Source: Octopus bimaculoides
Lineage: Eukaryota
Length of the DNA: 64,000 bases
NCBI RefSeq assembly: GCF_001194135.2
Contig: NC_068994.1
Location: 9,213,715 to 9,277,714 of the forward strand
Direction: 5' to 3'
The notes under the pieces are model-generated. The model was not told where the DNA came from and made no database searches. It worked only from the letters and a program-made list of their open reading frames with translations. A program made the position numbers and the translations under genes. Shown here in pieces: positions 1 to 13,097 of the stretch. Numbering within the stretch: position 1 is the first letter of the stretch; every line of letters begins with the position of its first letter.

Positions 1-64
1 CTTATGCTTATTAATGTACTCTTATTTCCTATCACAATCTCTAATTATACTTATCTCTCTCCTC

Positions 65-65
<1 letters not shown>

Positions 66-128
<63 letters not shown>
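66..128. repeat. (CTGT)n/(CT)n compound microsatellite
   Basis: Tandem ctgt run followed by a ct run, read directly. Confidence 0.95.
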
Positions 129-131
<3 letters not shown>

Positions 132-497
132 GTGTGTGCATGTGTTTGTGTGTGTGCGTTTGCGTTTGCGTGTGGTGAAGCAATATTTTTACAGCGGATT
201 CACACTACATACAGAAGTAGAAAAAAGAAAGAGCCGACAAAAAAATATATTAAATAGTTTAATCCTGACGATATCAATCAGGAAGGCGTTATCTGAGCGT
301 TCTCAAAACTTATGCGATTGATTTCTTGTGTTTGAATGAATACATGATCCCGTGTGTGTGTTAGGCAAGTGATTAAATATTTGCGTCACTGTGGTTTTGT
401 GCGTGCCTCTACGCCTTGCGTGTGTACGTTTCACGTGTGCTTGGCATTGTGTATATCACAATCTCTTTGTTTGTTCACTTCTTATTCATTAAAGTAA

Positions 498-530
<33 letters not shown>

Positions 531-1671
531 TTTAAATATTCTTTCGAGGCAGAAAATGAAAGTGATGAGACAATGAAACTATCAAGGATGGAATTTTTAG
601 ATGGTGCATTTTGTTTTTTGTTATTTTCTTCTGTATTTGGTTAGTTTGTATGAGAAAACGTGTCTCTCTGCCCTTCATATATTAAACTTTTTAATTCTAA
701 TTTTGGTTTTTGGNNNNNNNNNNNNNNNNNNNNNNNNNNNNNNNNNNNNNNNNNNNNNNNNNNNNNNNNNNNNNNNNNNNNNNNNNNNNNNNNNNNNNNN
801 NNNNNNNNNNNNNNNNNNNNNNNNNNNNNNNNNNNNNNNNNNNNNNNNNNNNNNNNNNNNNNNNNNNNNNNNNNNNNNNNNNNNNNNNNNNNNNNNNNNN
901 NNNNNNNNNNNNNNNNNNNNNNNNNNNNNNNNNNNNNNNNNNNNNNNNNNNNNNNNNNNNNNNNNNNNNNNNNNNNNNNNNNNNNNNNNNNNNNNNNNNN
1001 NNNNNNNNNNNNNNNNNNNNNNNNNNNNNNNNNNNNNNNNNNNNNNNNNNNNNNNNNNNNNNNNNNNNNNNNNNNNNNNNNNNNNNNNNNNNNNNNNNNN
1101 NNNNNNNNNNNNNNNNNNNNNNNNNNNNNNNNNNNNNNNNNNNNNNNNNNNNNNNNNNNNNNNNNNNNNNNNNNNNNNNNNNNNNNNNNNNNNNNNNNNN
1201 NNNNNNNNNNNNNNNNNNNNNNNNNNNNNNNNNNNNNNNNNNNNNNNNNNNNNNNNNNNNNNNNNNNNNNTATAGATGTTGTTGTACTTGGGGATGGTCA
1301 TATTGCCAGTTTAGCCAATAAAAACACACGCACTGTATATTTGGTGTTAATTTGCTTCAGCTTTATATTACATTAATCTTAATCTTATTTCGGCCAGAGT
1401 TCTTTCGTCACACTTCTGTAACCTCATCAGTGGTCCTTTGTTTCCTTCTTTCTTAAGTGTGTCTCACTTTGCTAACTATCAGCCATTTTGTATTTTGTAT
1501 TCCTATTGTATGTGTCTACGCATGCGTGTCCTTCAACGTATCTACGTCTTTTGTAAGCGCATGTGTGTATATGGGGAGTGTCTGTATCACCTATATTCTC
1601 TGTTAATACGTGTTCGTTTGTATTTGTTTTTATTTATTTATTTGTTCATGTGTGTGTGTGTGTTTTTTATC

Positions 1672-1703
<32 letters not shown>

Positions 1704-2820
1704 TGTGTGTGTGTATGTGTGTACAGTATTATACAACCTAATTTAGAATTTCATTGGATGATTCCATCACTTTTATTTGTTTTTGTTTACTCTGTTTACT
1801 TGAATCTCCTCTCCCAATATAGGAATGACGGCATCGTAGTGTGCCATAAAAACGAGAGAAACATCTTTGTCGCTGCGACACGAAGAAACATCGGTGGACT
1901 GTGCATGATTTTAAGATTGCAGTGTAGAATTTATTGTATTTCACACGATTTCGCAAACTGTGTTTTGAGTGCGATGGAATTGAACGAAATAAATCAGAAA
2001 ATGCACGCAATAGAATTCGGAATAAAATCCCTGATAACGGAACAGGGTCTGGAAGTAGTGGCGGTGGTGGAATAGAAAATATCAAATCACAACAATAAAA
2101 TTAATGTTATTAGAAGAAAAAAATTATTAAAAGAAAAGGCAATACAGAAACTCTAACAAAAAAGGGCACCTTTCGAACCATCTGAGAAATGTGTATCTCT
2201 ATCCCTCCCTCCCTCCCTCCNNNNNNNNNNNNNNNNNNNNNNNNNNNNNNNNNNNNNNNNNNNNNNNNNNNNNNNNNNNNNNNNNNNNNNNNNNNNNNNN
2301 NNNNNNNNNNNNNNNNNNNNNNNNNNNNNNNNNNNNNNNNNNNNNNNNNNNNNNNNNNNNNNNNNNNNNNNNNNNNNNNNNNNNNNNNNNNNNNNNNNNN
2401 NNNNNNNNNNNNNNNCACCCTCTCTCACACACACACACATATATTGATGATAATGATGTGAATGCAGAGTTTCCACATCTATAATTTTATTAAACAGTTA
2501 TTCACCGGGAAAAATGCTGTAAATAACTATTGAATAAAATTAGATGTGGAAAATCCCCGTTCTCCTTATCATTATTAATACTATTACGTACACTACAGAA
2601 ACGACGCAGTCCGCATTAGGACACTAGGATTTACCAAGGGAGAACAGTTGCCAAAATCTAGCAACTTTTTTGTTAACTTGGTTAACATTACAGATCCATT
2701 GTGGTTGGACGGCATATGAAATTGATTTAGGGGGAAACACGGTAACCACCAAAATTGTATATCCCTTAAATTCACACACACACACACACACACACATACA
2801 CACACACACANNNNNNNNNN

Positions 2821-2867
<47 letters not shown>

Positions 2868-3745
2868 TAATGTGTGTTCGGGCGGTATTTGAGGATATAT
2901 TTATAGCTTTAAAAGAATGCTTATATAATATCAGGAAAAAGACCGTATTTTTATGAAAATGATCTGACCATAAAGCCATATTATCAGTTTAATAAATTCA
3001 TTCAATAAAACCACCATAAGCATCAATGACCGCCTACTTGAGGTCGAAATCATTTACAAGCTCGGATTAAGTGATTCTTGTTCGTATCGGACATGACTCT
3101 AACTATGGGGGCTTTCAAAGAGTCTTCGGTGCTATGGGGGTGTTCATTGACATTTTTTCTCAACGATGCTCCATACACAGTAGTTCCGTGGATTGAGATT
3201 TGGAGAATTAGAAAGGTGATAAGATCATGCAAATTGTCGCCCATCCATTCTTGTGTCATTTGAGCCTTGTGCGGCCTTCCATTGCAAACACTGTTGTTCC
3301 AAAGCTTAACAACTTTATTCAGAACCTCAATATACGCAGCGGCATTCACCCTCAGTGGAAAAAAGTGAGGAGGCATCATATGTCCTTCTTTGCTAACAAT
3401 ACCATAAACCACGACACTTGCCGGGAATTTTGTATGCATTACTCTGCACATATCCATCTGTTAGTTCTGTTAGTTTTCTGATACTGGTCAAAGTTTTTCT
3501 CATCTGAGAAGAACAAAATCACAGCATCTTCCGATGGATTTTTAAGTTTGTTCAAAAGTCTTTTGGGTCTCATTAGACAGTTTTCTTTTGTTATTTTTTT
3601 CTGACATGAATTGGCCTCACCTCATCACTTGACATGAAATGACCTCTCCTCATCATGTCTTCCTGCACAACATTTCTGATAGCTTTTTTCTGACACACGA
3701 ATTATTTTTGCATTGACCTCATTGATTTTCCTTTATAGTATTCAA
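2868..3745 (-). mobile_element. Decayed Tc1/mariner DNA transposon (maT/DD37D-like) with one probable terminal inverted repeat
   Basis: Minus-strand translation across frameshifts gives RKSMRS..VSEK.IRNVV (HTH), KRLLNKLKNP..ILFFSDEKNFDQ (first catalytic D), VMHTKFPASVVVYGIVSKEGHMMPPHFF, SPNLNPRNYCVWSIVEK (degenerate SPDLNPLDY) and a C-terminal AVIDAYGGFIE* ending near 2998. The QQDSAP segment (second D) is deleted. TIR-like gtgttcgggcggtatttgagga lies at ~2872-2894. Confidence 0.9.
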
Positions 3746-4003
3746 TATTTAGCTTAGCGTCCTGAATAAATCTATGTATCCTGATAGAATCAGAACGTTT
3801 GGAATGTCTTTTACCTTTTGGTAAGGTAATATACTTCCATCTTCTTTCTCTAACTTACACCGAATCTTGTAGACAAACGATCTTGCAAGTTTCAGGAAGC
3901 GCATTGAACTTATTTTGCCGGTCACTTTCAGTTCCCTGTGTATGTATGCATGAATGCATGCGTGCATGTATGTATGTATGGATGGATGGATGGATGCATG
4001 ATA

Positions 4004-4057
<54 letters not shown>

Positions 4058-4527
4058 TGTAAATGTAAAAATAAAAACAAAACACAAAGGATTCCGCAGA
4101 ATCCTTTGTGTTTTCTTCTTATTTTTACATTTACAATGTACTAATTCGCCCCCACCACGAGCTGGCATACACAGGTGCTTACAATTATCAAGTATTACCT
4201 CTAACATTTACTTTACCTACGTGATTCACGTTGTCCTTCTGATTGGTCTTTATATATATATATATATATATATACACATCTATGCAGGTGAGGTGTGCGT
4301 GTGTGTGTGTGATTGTATATAGTTTTGTGTGTATATATGTAAATAAGTATGTCTACAGATATATACATATACCGAGCGAGAGAGAGAAAGAGAGATTTTG
4401 TTTGTACCTGCATCTACGTATGTCCAATGTCCGTCTACCTAACTTCCTGTTTACTTATCTATCAACCCATCTATTTACCTGCCTATCAATGTCTCTCTCT
4501 CTCACATTGTGTAGTATATGTATATAT

Positions 4528-4566
<39 letters not shown>

Positions 4567-4652
4567 TTCATCCACAAACACGCGCAAACTCCAATTCATA
4601 TATATACATGCATATATATCTATACACATCTATATATATTCATATATATACA

Positions 4653-4689
<37 letters not shown>

Positions 4690-4718
4690 NNNNNNNNNNA
4701 TATACATATATATACATG

Positions 4719-4752
<34 letters not shown>

Positions 4753-5359
4753 TATATCATCATCATCATTATTATTATTACTGTTATTATTATTATTATT
4801 GTTATCAAATAAACTTTACATAAAAGAGAACATCGGATTTCTTTCCATTTAGAGCTTAGTCCATTTGTATCTGATGCATATTTCCGATGCACTAAGTATA
4901 TAATTCCCCAGCTGCTCCCAGTGGAGTTCTTTATGGTTTAATCTAGGTACAAACGTTCGACGTTTTAGGGGAACGGAAATTAAGTCCCTCATTCGCATAC
5001 ATGTTTCGAAGGATTTTAGTATTGTGAGCAAACTGAATATTATACGATCGAAGAATTATCTAATGTTAAGTTATCGGCCAGCTATATTACTTCTTTATTT
5101 ACAATGCTGTCCATTGTTTTATTGACATGATGACAAGAGTTATCCACTTAATAACATAGTGTATCAATTCATCTGACTTTTACGTAGTTCGCCAGCAATA
5201 AATTTGATGTATTCGTGACTCGATTAATCTTTGTTATGCGGATGTAGGCTTTCCAAGTGAAGCAAATGGACGGACATTTAAGCATACGCTGATAATACTA
5301 CATACACACATATGCATACATATATGTCTATCGTATTTATACACACATGCATATATAAG

Positions 5360-5451
<92 letters not shown>

Positions 5452-5797
5452 NNNNNNNNNNNNNNNNNNNNNNNNNNNNNNNNNNNNNNNNNNNNNNNNN
5501 NNNNNNNNNNNNNNNNNNNNNNNNNNNNNNNNNNNNNNNNNNNNNNNNNNNNNNNNNNNNNNNNNNNNNNNNNNNNNNNNNNNNNNNNNNNNNNNNNNNN
5601 NNNNNNNNNNNNNNNNNNNNNNNNNNNNNNNNNNNNNNNNNNNNNNNNNNNNNNNNNNNNNNNNNNNNNNNNNNNNNNNNNNNNNNNNNNNNNNNNNNNN
5701 NNNNNNNNNNNNNNNNNNNNNNNNNNNNNNNNNNNNNNNNNNNNNNNNNNNNNNNNNNNNNNNNNNNNNNNNNNNNNNNNNNNNNNNTATACATATA

Positions 5798-5946
5798 TAC
5801 GACGGGCTTCTTTCAGTTTCCGTCTACCAAGTCCACTCACTAGGCTTTGGTCGACCCGAGGAGACACTTGCCCAAGGTGCCATGCAGTGGGATTAAACCC
5901 GGGACCATGTGGTTGGTAAGCAAGCTACTTACCACATAGCCACTCT
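5798..5946 (-). mobile_element. tRNA-derived SINE, family A (head GGCGCAGGAGTGGCTGTGTGGTAAG, tail GAAAGAAGCCCGTCG)
   Basis: Reverse complement matches the copies at 29999 and 50321, with a small internal deletion; Pol III A/B-box-like motifs are present. Confidence 0.9.
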
Positions 5947-7607
5947 ATGTATATGTGTGTATACATAAGTACAAGCATACATAATTGACATACTGTATAC
6001 ATACACACATACATTTATACATATCCAATATACTACATTCACACAAACACGCGTACATACAAATATATACATGCTCGCACGCTCATTCACACATGCATAT
6101 GTGTTTGTGCGAATTTAAACGAACATGATATATTGAAGTGAAGTTGCAGAACTTAAAATGTTTACTAACAACCCTATATTTCTCAGAGTTTTGTACGCTC
6201 ATACAATGATTTAGACCATCAGATGTTCGAAGGGTATTTTCTGAATCGTATTAATGATTAATGATATGGTTAAATGATATAACTGAATGACATTGTGCAG
6301 CAACAATATCAAAATCGTATAAGAAATCGCAGATGGCATACACTTGTTTGAAATGAATGAGTAAATCATTTTCTTTTTCATGTTATATGACCCAAAACAT
6401 CGGTTGATGACTTAGTGGATTCTACCTTATTAAATGTGACAAAAGGAAAAATAGTCCGAGGTGGAGGTATACAAATATCTGGAATTGAATCAATGACTAA
6501 ATTATCGAATTATTAGAGGGATGTTCTATATAAGTGCAGTGAAATTTGAAATCCGTAGAATGTTGAAAACTAACATTGTAACTGTGGTACAAGTGATCAT
6601 AGAAGGGTTGGTGACAATGAAGGGGAACATAGAAAAATGAATAGAGATTATCGTAGCGGTGTGGAATAGAGATATTGCACTGTGTTTGCTTAAGGAAAAG
6701 ATCTGAAATATCACGAAGGACACTCGTAGGAAGATTAACTAAAAGGAGTAGAAGTGTTAAGGACTATGTGATTTGGCATGCAAATCTATATATTAAAGCT
6801 CGCTATCGAAACAAAATATTCACCAGTTTATAATACCATTCTGAGAAAACAACAACAACAGCAACAACGATACTCGCTCCTGAGTTAAGTATAGAGACGC
6901 CAGATTTGATGGAAGGAGTAAGTCGTTAACATTCACGCCTGTACTTGATTGTTTCATAGATGTAACCAGAACGTATCAAAGCCTTAATTAAACTCAGTGG
7001 GATTTGAACTGGGACTATAAAGAATTGCTTTTTGTATACTTAAGGACTCTACACTACCTCCTCCCGCAACCTCCCAGGAATGGTGGGCGTTGAAGAAAAT
7101 AACCATGCATGTATGAGTAGCAACAACTTTAAATTGAATATAACAGTAAGGATTTCAAGAACTTAATACTTTTGATAAATTCATGTATACGATAGAAATG
7201 TACATTAAACACATTTAAAAAATATATATATATTTGACGTTTTCAATAGTTTCCTCTCTAATTATTTTCAGATATATTATTACTGAATATGTAAGAAATA
7301 TCACTGAGGAATCGGTCTAGTATTCTTTATTGTGTTCCTGATCTAAAGCTACGGTAGCGCCATTAATATGACATATATCATCTGATCTCTATCTGTACGC
7401 TGTACTAAATCATTTGCCCTTTGTGTGCATATACGTTACTTCCTGTCACAAAATACGTCAACATCGTTGCCCTCAAGTATCAATGGAAGTATTTACACAC
7501 AAATGCACACACACATGCCATCACACACGCACGCACACGCATACATATGTACACAAACACACGCACAGGCACACAAACACAAAAACGTACAAAGGCACAC
7601 ACACACG

Positions 7608-7643
<36 letters not shown>

Positions 7644-7872
7644 AACACACAAACATAGACACACACGCACACACAGAAACACCCACACAGATGCTTGTAC
7701 GGTAAAATATGTTTAAAATCCAAGCGGATACGTTATAAGCACTCGGTCGCAATAAAATTTGGCTAACTAAATGTGAAAACCGTTTCAATCTACATCGGCC
7801 GTCAGATTACATTCCGCTTTCTGCACAATTTATGAATCAAAGGTTTTAATACCGAATTATTTTAGAATACAG

Positions 7873-8099
7873 TTACAAAATATAGTAGAAAAGCACAAGA
7901 CAATGGCGGATTATACATTGTTTAATCAGCTTACGCAAGTTTCTGATAAATACGTAAAATGCAAAATTCTGCGAGGCATTAATCATGCATAATAAGGCAA
8001 ATGATACCACCATAGAGTTCATAGCTGCCATTCTATTGTTGTAGTTGGGCTCAGGGTTCAGGACACTTTGAGACTCTTTACAATATATTGTTCTCAACA
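7873..8099 (-). CDS. Candidate exon or pseudogene fragment of a class A GPCR (ECL3-TM7-helix 8; FMRFamide-receptor/Srw-like chemoreceptor type)
   Basis: 76-codon open frame VLRTIYCKESQSVLNPEPNYNNRMAAMNSMVVSFALLCMINASQNFAFYVFIRNLRKLIKQCI... contains N-x-S-x-N-F-x-x-Y (the NFxxY variant of NPxxY) followed by a basic amphipathic helix. A weak phase-1 AG acceptor lies at 8101-8100. Assignment is by motif recognition only. Confidence 0.45.
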
Positions 8100-8216
8100 C
8101 TTAAATCTTTAGACAGATCAAGTGAAATTGTGTAAAGTGAAAATACACTTCAAACACAACAACAATAATAATTATAACGTCATAACAATAAGACGACTCT
8201 CACTCACTCACTCTCC

Positions 8217-8262
<46 letters not shown>

Positions 8263-8393
8263 ATATATATACGTATATACAAATAACTATACATACATAC
8301 ATATATATATATACACACACATATATATATGTGTGTGTNNNNNNNNNNTATATATATGTGTGTGTGTGTGTGTGTGTATGTGTGTATATATAA

Positions 8394-8403
8394 TAATAAA
8401 ATG

Positions 8404-8470
<67 letters not shown>

Positions 8471-8480
8471 TAATAATAAC
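8394..8480. repeat. (AAT)n microsatellite
   Basis: Direct tandem aat run. Confidence 0.95.
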
Positions 8481-8510
8481 AGCAAGAACAATGATACATA
8501 ATAAATAATT

Positions 8511-8553
8511 CGCTGCTTTCTTCCAAGGAATGTAATGCTCTTAGCTTAGTTTT
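8511..8553 (-). mobile_element. Short 3'-end fragment of an unclassified retroposon (second copy at 24191)
   Basis: gctgctttcttccaaggaat(g/c)taatgctcttag(c/a)ttagttt occurs at 8512 and 24191; this copy abuts an AAT-rich tail. Confidence 0.55.
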
Positions 8554-11032
8554 TCATTGTGTGTGTTTGTGTATATACCTATAGACTACGGCACTTTACA
8601 AGCATTATATGTTATATTGCAAAGCTAGAAGATTTTTATATTGGCAATGGTAGAACCATATATGGTGGCATGATAATATGTCTTACAAGACACTTTCTTT
8701 ACGAATATAGAGAGAACTGCCAAGTTGTCTACAGATTTATGTGTGCAAAGATACAAATCATGTTAGTTTTAGTTATTCTTAGCTCTTGGCAATATAGCGA
8801 TGAAAAGGAACTGAAATATCTCTCTTACAATTACAATTGTACATCTAACTGTTTTGACCTCATTTCATGCTTTATTATAATACAGCCATTTTGAATTTCT
8901 AAAGGATGACAAAAAATAGTGTAATGTTCCTCTGAGACATTAGCTTTAAGCATATGGAACTCTTTAGAAATACAAATAAAAACTAAACGTCTATTACACG
9001 TGTTATCATCAAATCGTCGTCATCGTCATCATCATTATCATTATCATTATAAACATTCTCAGCATGGGTAACTGACATATCATAATTGATATCATATCTT
9101 CCTCTCATTATCATTGTCTCAATCGATAAAGCTATCACTGCCATCATCTTATTTATTGTATTAGCCGTCGTCGCCGTCGTCGACCTCATCTGCATCAGCA
9201 TCAGCAGCAGCAACAAAAGTACCACGCAAACGCTTGTATTTACCTCTATGTCTTCATGCTCCTTCCCCCTTCTCCCCTCCTTCTCTTCTTTTTCTATTTC
9301 TCTCTCTTCTCCTCCTCTTCTGGTTCTTTTCTTCCCACCACACATCATTGTTATCTGAGATTCATTATACTAAATTACGGCAAAGTAATAAATGTCGTTT
9401 ATGTTATGAATAATTAAGGAAATTTACATAACTTCTAATATACCCGTTTATAGCAAAATAAATGAATAGATAAATAAATGTAGAAAAAAGGAAAGAAAAG
9501 ATATGAAAATAAATTAAAATAAATAACAAATAAATAAAACAAACACTAAAACGTGAAAAGTAAATAGATTAGAAATTGAAATAGAAGATTAAGAAAGAAA
9601 AAAAAATGGTAAGAATATTTTAACACCTCAGTGACACATCCAAGAAGGAAAATTATCAACGGTAAGATTAGCGAAAAATCAAGAGAATTATAAACATTCT
9701 CCTTTTTCCTCTTCTTCCGTTTCCTCCTGGAGTGAGTTACAAAATTTTAGGAAGGAAAAATTGAAAGCTAATTATATTTGGATTAAGAACAGTTTCATCC
9801 TTATCTTGGTCTAAAACAGTCCTGTAGACCGCATGGTATAGAGGACTATAAACATATTAGGTTTGCTATTCCTGAGATTTGCTCCTCGTTGAAAAGCCGC
9901 AATTATTTTTCTCTCAAGTTCGCAAAAAGTGATAATAGCATTAATAAATGAGACGTTGACATAATTGTAAATGGCAGAACTTGGCAGCTATATTTTTTGG
10001 TTTCAGTGAAAATGTCGTCACGTATTTGTTGCTGTTATTGTCACATCAGACTGTTTGTCCTTTGTACAAAACCATTGCAGATCTTTAGCAAATCGAATTA
10101 ATGTTATAAAGATACGTGTAATAATGGGCATATTTTTAATAGCAAAATATGAGAGAAAAATGTGTTAGTATGAAGCTAATTTTATAAACTCAGAACTACT
10201 TCTTTACCGAATAATTTATCTCCGGAAATTACGACAACATGATGGGTAATTAATGCCTAATATACCAAAAACGAAAATCTTCTGCATGATGTCATAAGCA
10301 TAAGTGTTATTTTACGATTCTTGATAAAAGTCACCAAGGATTTAACAAACTGTAGTTGGCTCCCCGAGAGACGAACTAAAAGTGGAATTAGATATAAATC
10401 TTATAGACATGCAATGTTAAATCAATGCTCTTACATCAGTTATGGCTGAGCTAAAAGTTCCGAAGGTTATCGGAGAACAATGCAGATTGAAATGTAAGAT
10501 AATATTTCTTCTCTTCTTGAAGCATAGATTATGTATTGCTTTTTTATTTTTATTTTGGTCAGCTCTGAGGCTCATTGACCAGAAGTTATAAGCTCCATTG
10601 GCCATTTAGCGATTCTAAAATCCGATAATATTACAACAGTGAAAAATGTTTGTTGTAGAAATCATCTTTGCAATGCGAGATTTCTTTTACAGCAGCGAAA
10701 AATGAATTATGATCGCAAGGAAATACTTCTTGCATGTTTGCATGATTCCCCTTAGATCGTTTTTATAGAATAACTTGAAATGATAGTTATAAATTTGATA
10801 GTGTATTGCTATAAAATATCATCCTGACGGAAGAACATCGTACAAGAGCAATAGTACAAGAGAAAAAATTTCCATGAATTACATTTGTTTTATTTCGAAC
10901 AATTTAGTATCAGAGAAGCAGATTTGCAGTATTAGAGAATACACTGTGTACACAAATGAAGGTGGTCTGTACCATTCCATAGATGGTTATAGTTTAGTTC
11001 AGTTTTCACAATAAATTGAAAGAAATGTCAGG

Positions 11033-11035
<3 letters not shown>

Positions 11036-11092
<57 letters not shown>
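11036..11092. repeat. (TA)n microsatellite
   Basis: Direct tandem run. Confidence 0.95.
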
Positions 11093-11098
<6 letters not shown>

Positions 11099-11442
11099 AT
11101 ATAGGATAAATTATTTATAAGAATTTATCAAGTAGTCAGCGTTGAGTTAAATGTTTTTAAGAGATAAATTTTGAAAAGCTGCATTCCCTCGCTTTCGGTA
11201 AATATGTTGCTTATTTTTGGTAGTTTTTTTTTACTTATTTAGTCCCTCGATAGCGTGAGGCATTGATACACAGTTAATGGCCTTTATATATAATTATATA
11301 TATATATATATATATATGAAATAGCTATTCTTATGAATGGTGTCCTTATTTTGAAAACAATACAGTCGATTAGGCTGACATCATGACGCTGACAGTTGTT
11401 GCAACAATAATAGTAAATAGTTATATCACTAATAAATGCATC

Positions 11443-11476
11443 ATTATTATTATTATCATCATTACTATTATTATTA

Positions 11477-11537
<61 letters not shown>

Positions 11538-11545
11538 CATTATTC
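11443..11545. repeat. (ATT)n microsatellite
   Basis: Direct tandem run; explains the poly-I and poly-N ORFs here. Confidence 0.95.
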
Positions 11546-11899
11546 ATGTTGATTTATCATCATTCATTTATATAGTGTAATTTTTATCAAAACAATGTTT
11601 ACAACATTCATAGTTTTATTTATTTATTTATTTATTTATAAATATATTGTATGTTAAATTTTTGTACGGGTTTATTTTGCATCGTTTTAATTTTGAATAT
11701 TTTGTATGCAACACATAATTTTAACATGTTATAGGATAAGAAAACTTTCTGTATATTACACAACTTTACTTACACTAAAATGCACATCAAATTAATGAAA
11801 AACATTCTTTGTAAATATGAGAAAATTTAATTCAATATTATTCTATTATTCAAAAAAAAAAATACTCGCGTAATATTATTTTCCGTTATTTAAGATGAA

Positions 11900-11929
11900 T
11901 GTCATCATCATCATCATCATCATCATCAC

Positions 11930-12001
<72 letters not shown>

Positions 12002-12030
12002 CATCATTATTATTATCATCATTATTATTA
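11900..12030. repeat. (TCA)n-(TTA)n compound microsatellite
   Basis: Direct tandem runs; explains the poly-S/poly-L ORF. Confidence 0.95.
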
Positions 12031-13066
12031 TTTCTTACAGTAAAAATATATCTTTCTGAGAAAATTTTATTTTCGTACGAGATGTAATAAGTGCTGATTT
12101 CAACGTGATGTCATTATGCTAATGTAAGTTCAAGAAACTTCGCCTGTACAAACGAATAGACTAGACGGAATAATCTGAGTATAAGGGTAAGCAAATATAA
12201 TATATGCGCACACATACATATAAATGTGTTTCTATGTGCGAATATGTTTGGCTGTGTTTCTGTCCCTCTCTCTCTCTCTCTGCGTACATGTCCGTGTGTA
12301 TTCATGTGTGTGTTAGCACGTTTCAACAATATATAGATACTTACATGTACGCGCGCATCTGTACGAAGGTAGTACGTACATATATATATATATGGTTGTA
12401 TATATATATNNNNNNNNNNTGCGTGTGTGTGTGTGTGTGTATAAGCACCTAAATACTTCAAACGGATTTCCTCCACTTATTATACTACACACATGTTTAG
12501 GCTAAGGAGTGATAGGCTTTTGTGCGGATTCTTCTGATATCCCCAGAGAAATGCACACAATGTCTCCAACAACTGAAATGATTTTAAGAAGGCGGTGAAC
12601 AGCTAATAGATCCATTTGACAAACAGCAGAACGTTGTCGTCGAAACGCGTCCACTGCTACCAAGCAGGAATTGTGCTATTGCTGCAAGGTTCCCATCCTT
12701 AGTGTAGTTCGTGCATGGGTCATAGGATTATGTGGTTACAATGTCAAAATGTACATTTCGTATAAGCACAGTTACTGAATCGGTTGTTATCATAGAAGAC
12801 TCGCCCCACAAGCAATTGATACTGCTGATGGCGAAGCTGAATGTAGCGGATATTGATGAAATGGTGATTTGAAGTTGGGTGAATACAGTAACACGAAAGT
12901 ATCGCCTCGTTTGTTTACTGGACACCAATAGTGGCGTCACATTTACGCTCCCGAAGATGATTATATCAAACGGTATTTAAAATATCACATCCCTAAATAG
13001 TAAACGAGTAAACAAGTATTCCTAAACGTAGAACGCGATAGTAAACAAGATGCATTAAAATAACAC

Positions 13067-13097
<31 letters not shown>

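Noticed and set aside
6490-6738. Two open minus frames after a ttttag acceptor
   Set aside because: A purine-rich plus strand suppresses minus-strand stops, so openness is uninformative; no family motif.
10573-10755. CCRNHLCN resembling a Ly6/three-finger Cys box
   Set aside because: It is an isolated motif with no upstream cysteine framework, and joining the nearest donor creates a stop.
12625-12655. Hammerhead-like cagcaga-ACG-ttgt-CGT-cgaaacgcgtc (also near 12950 and 57885)
   Set aside because: The catalytic CUGAnGA box is mutated and no stems I/III were found.
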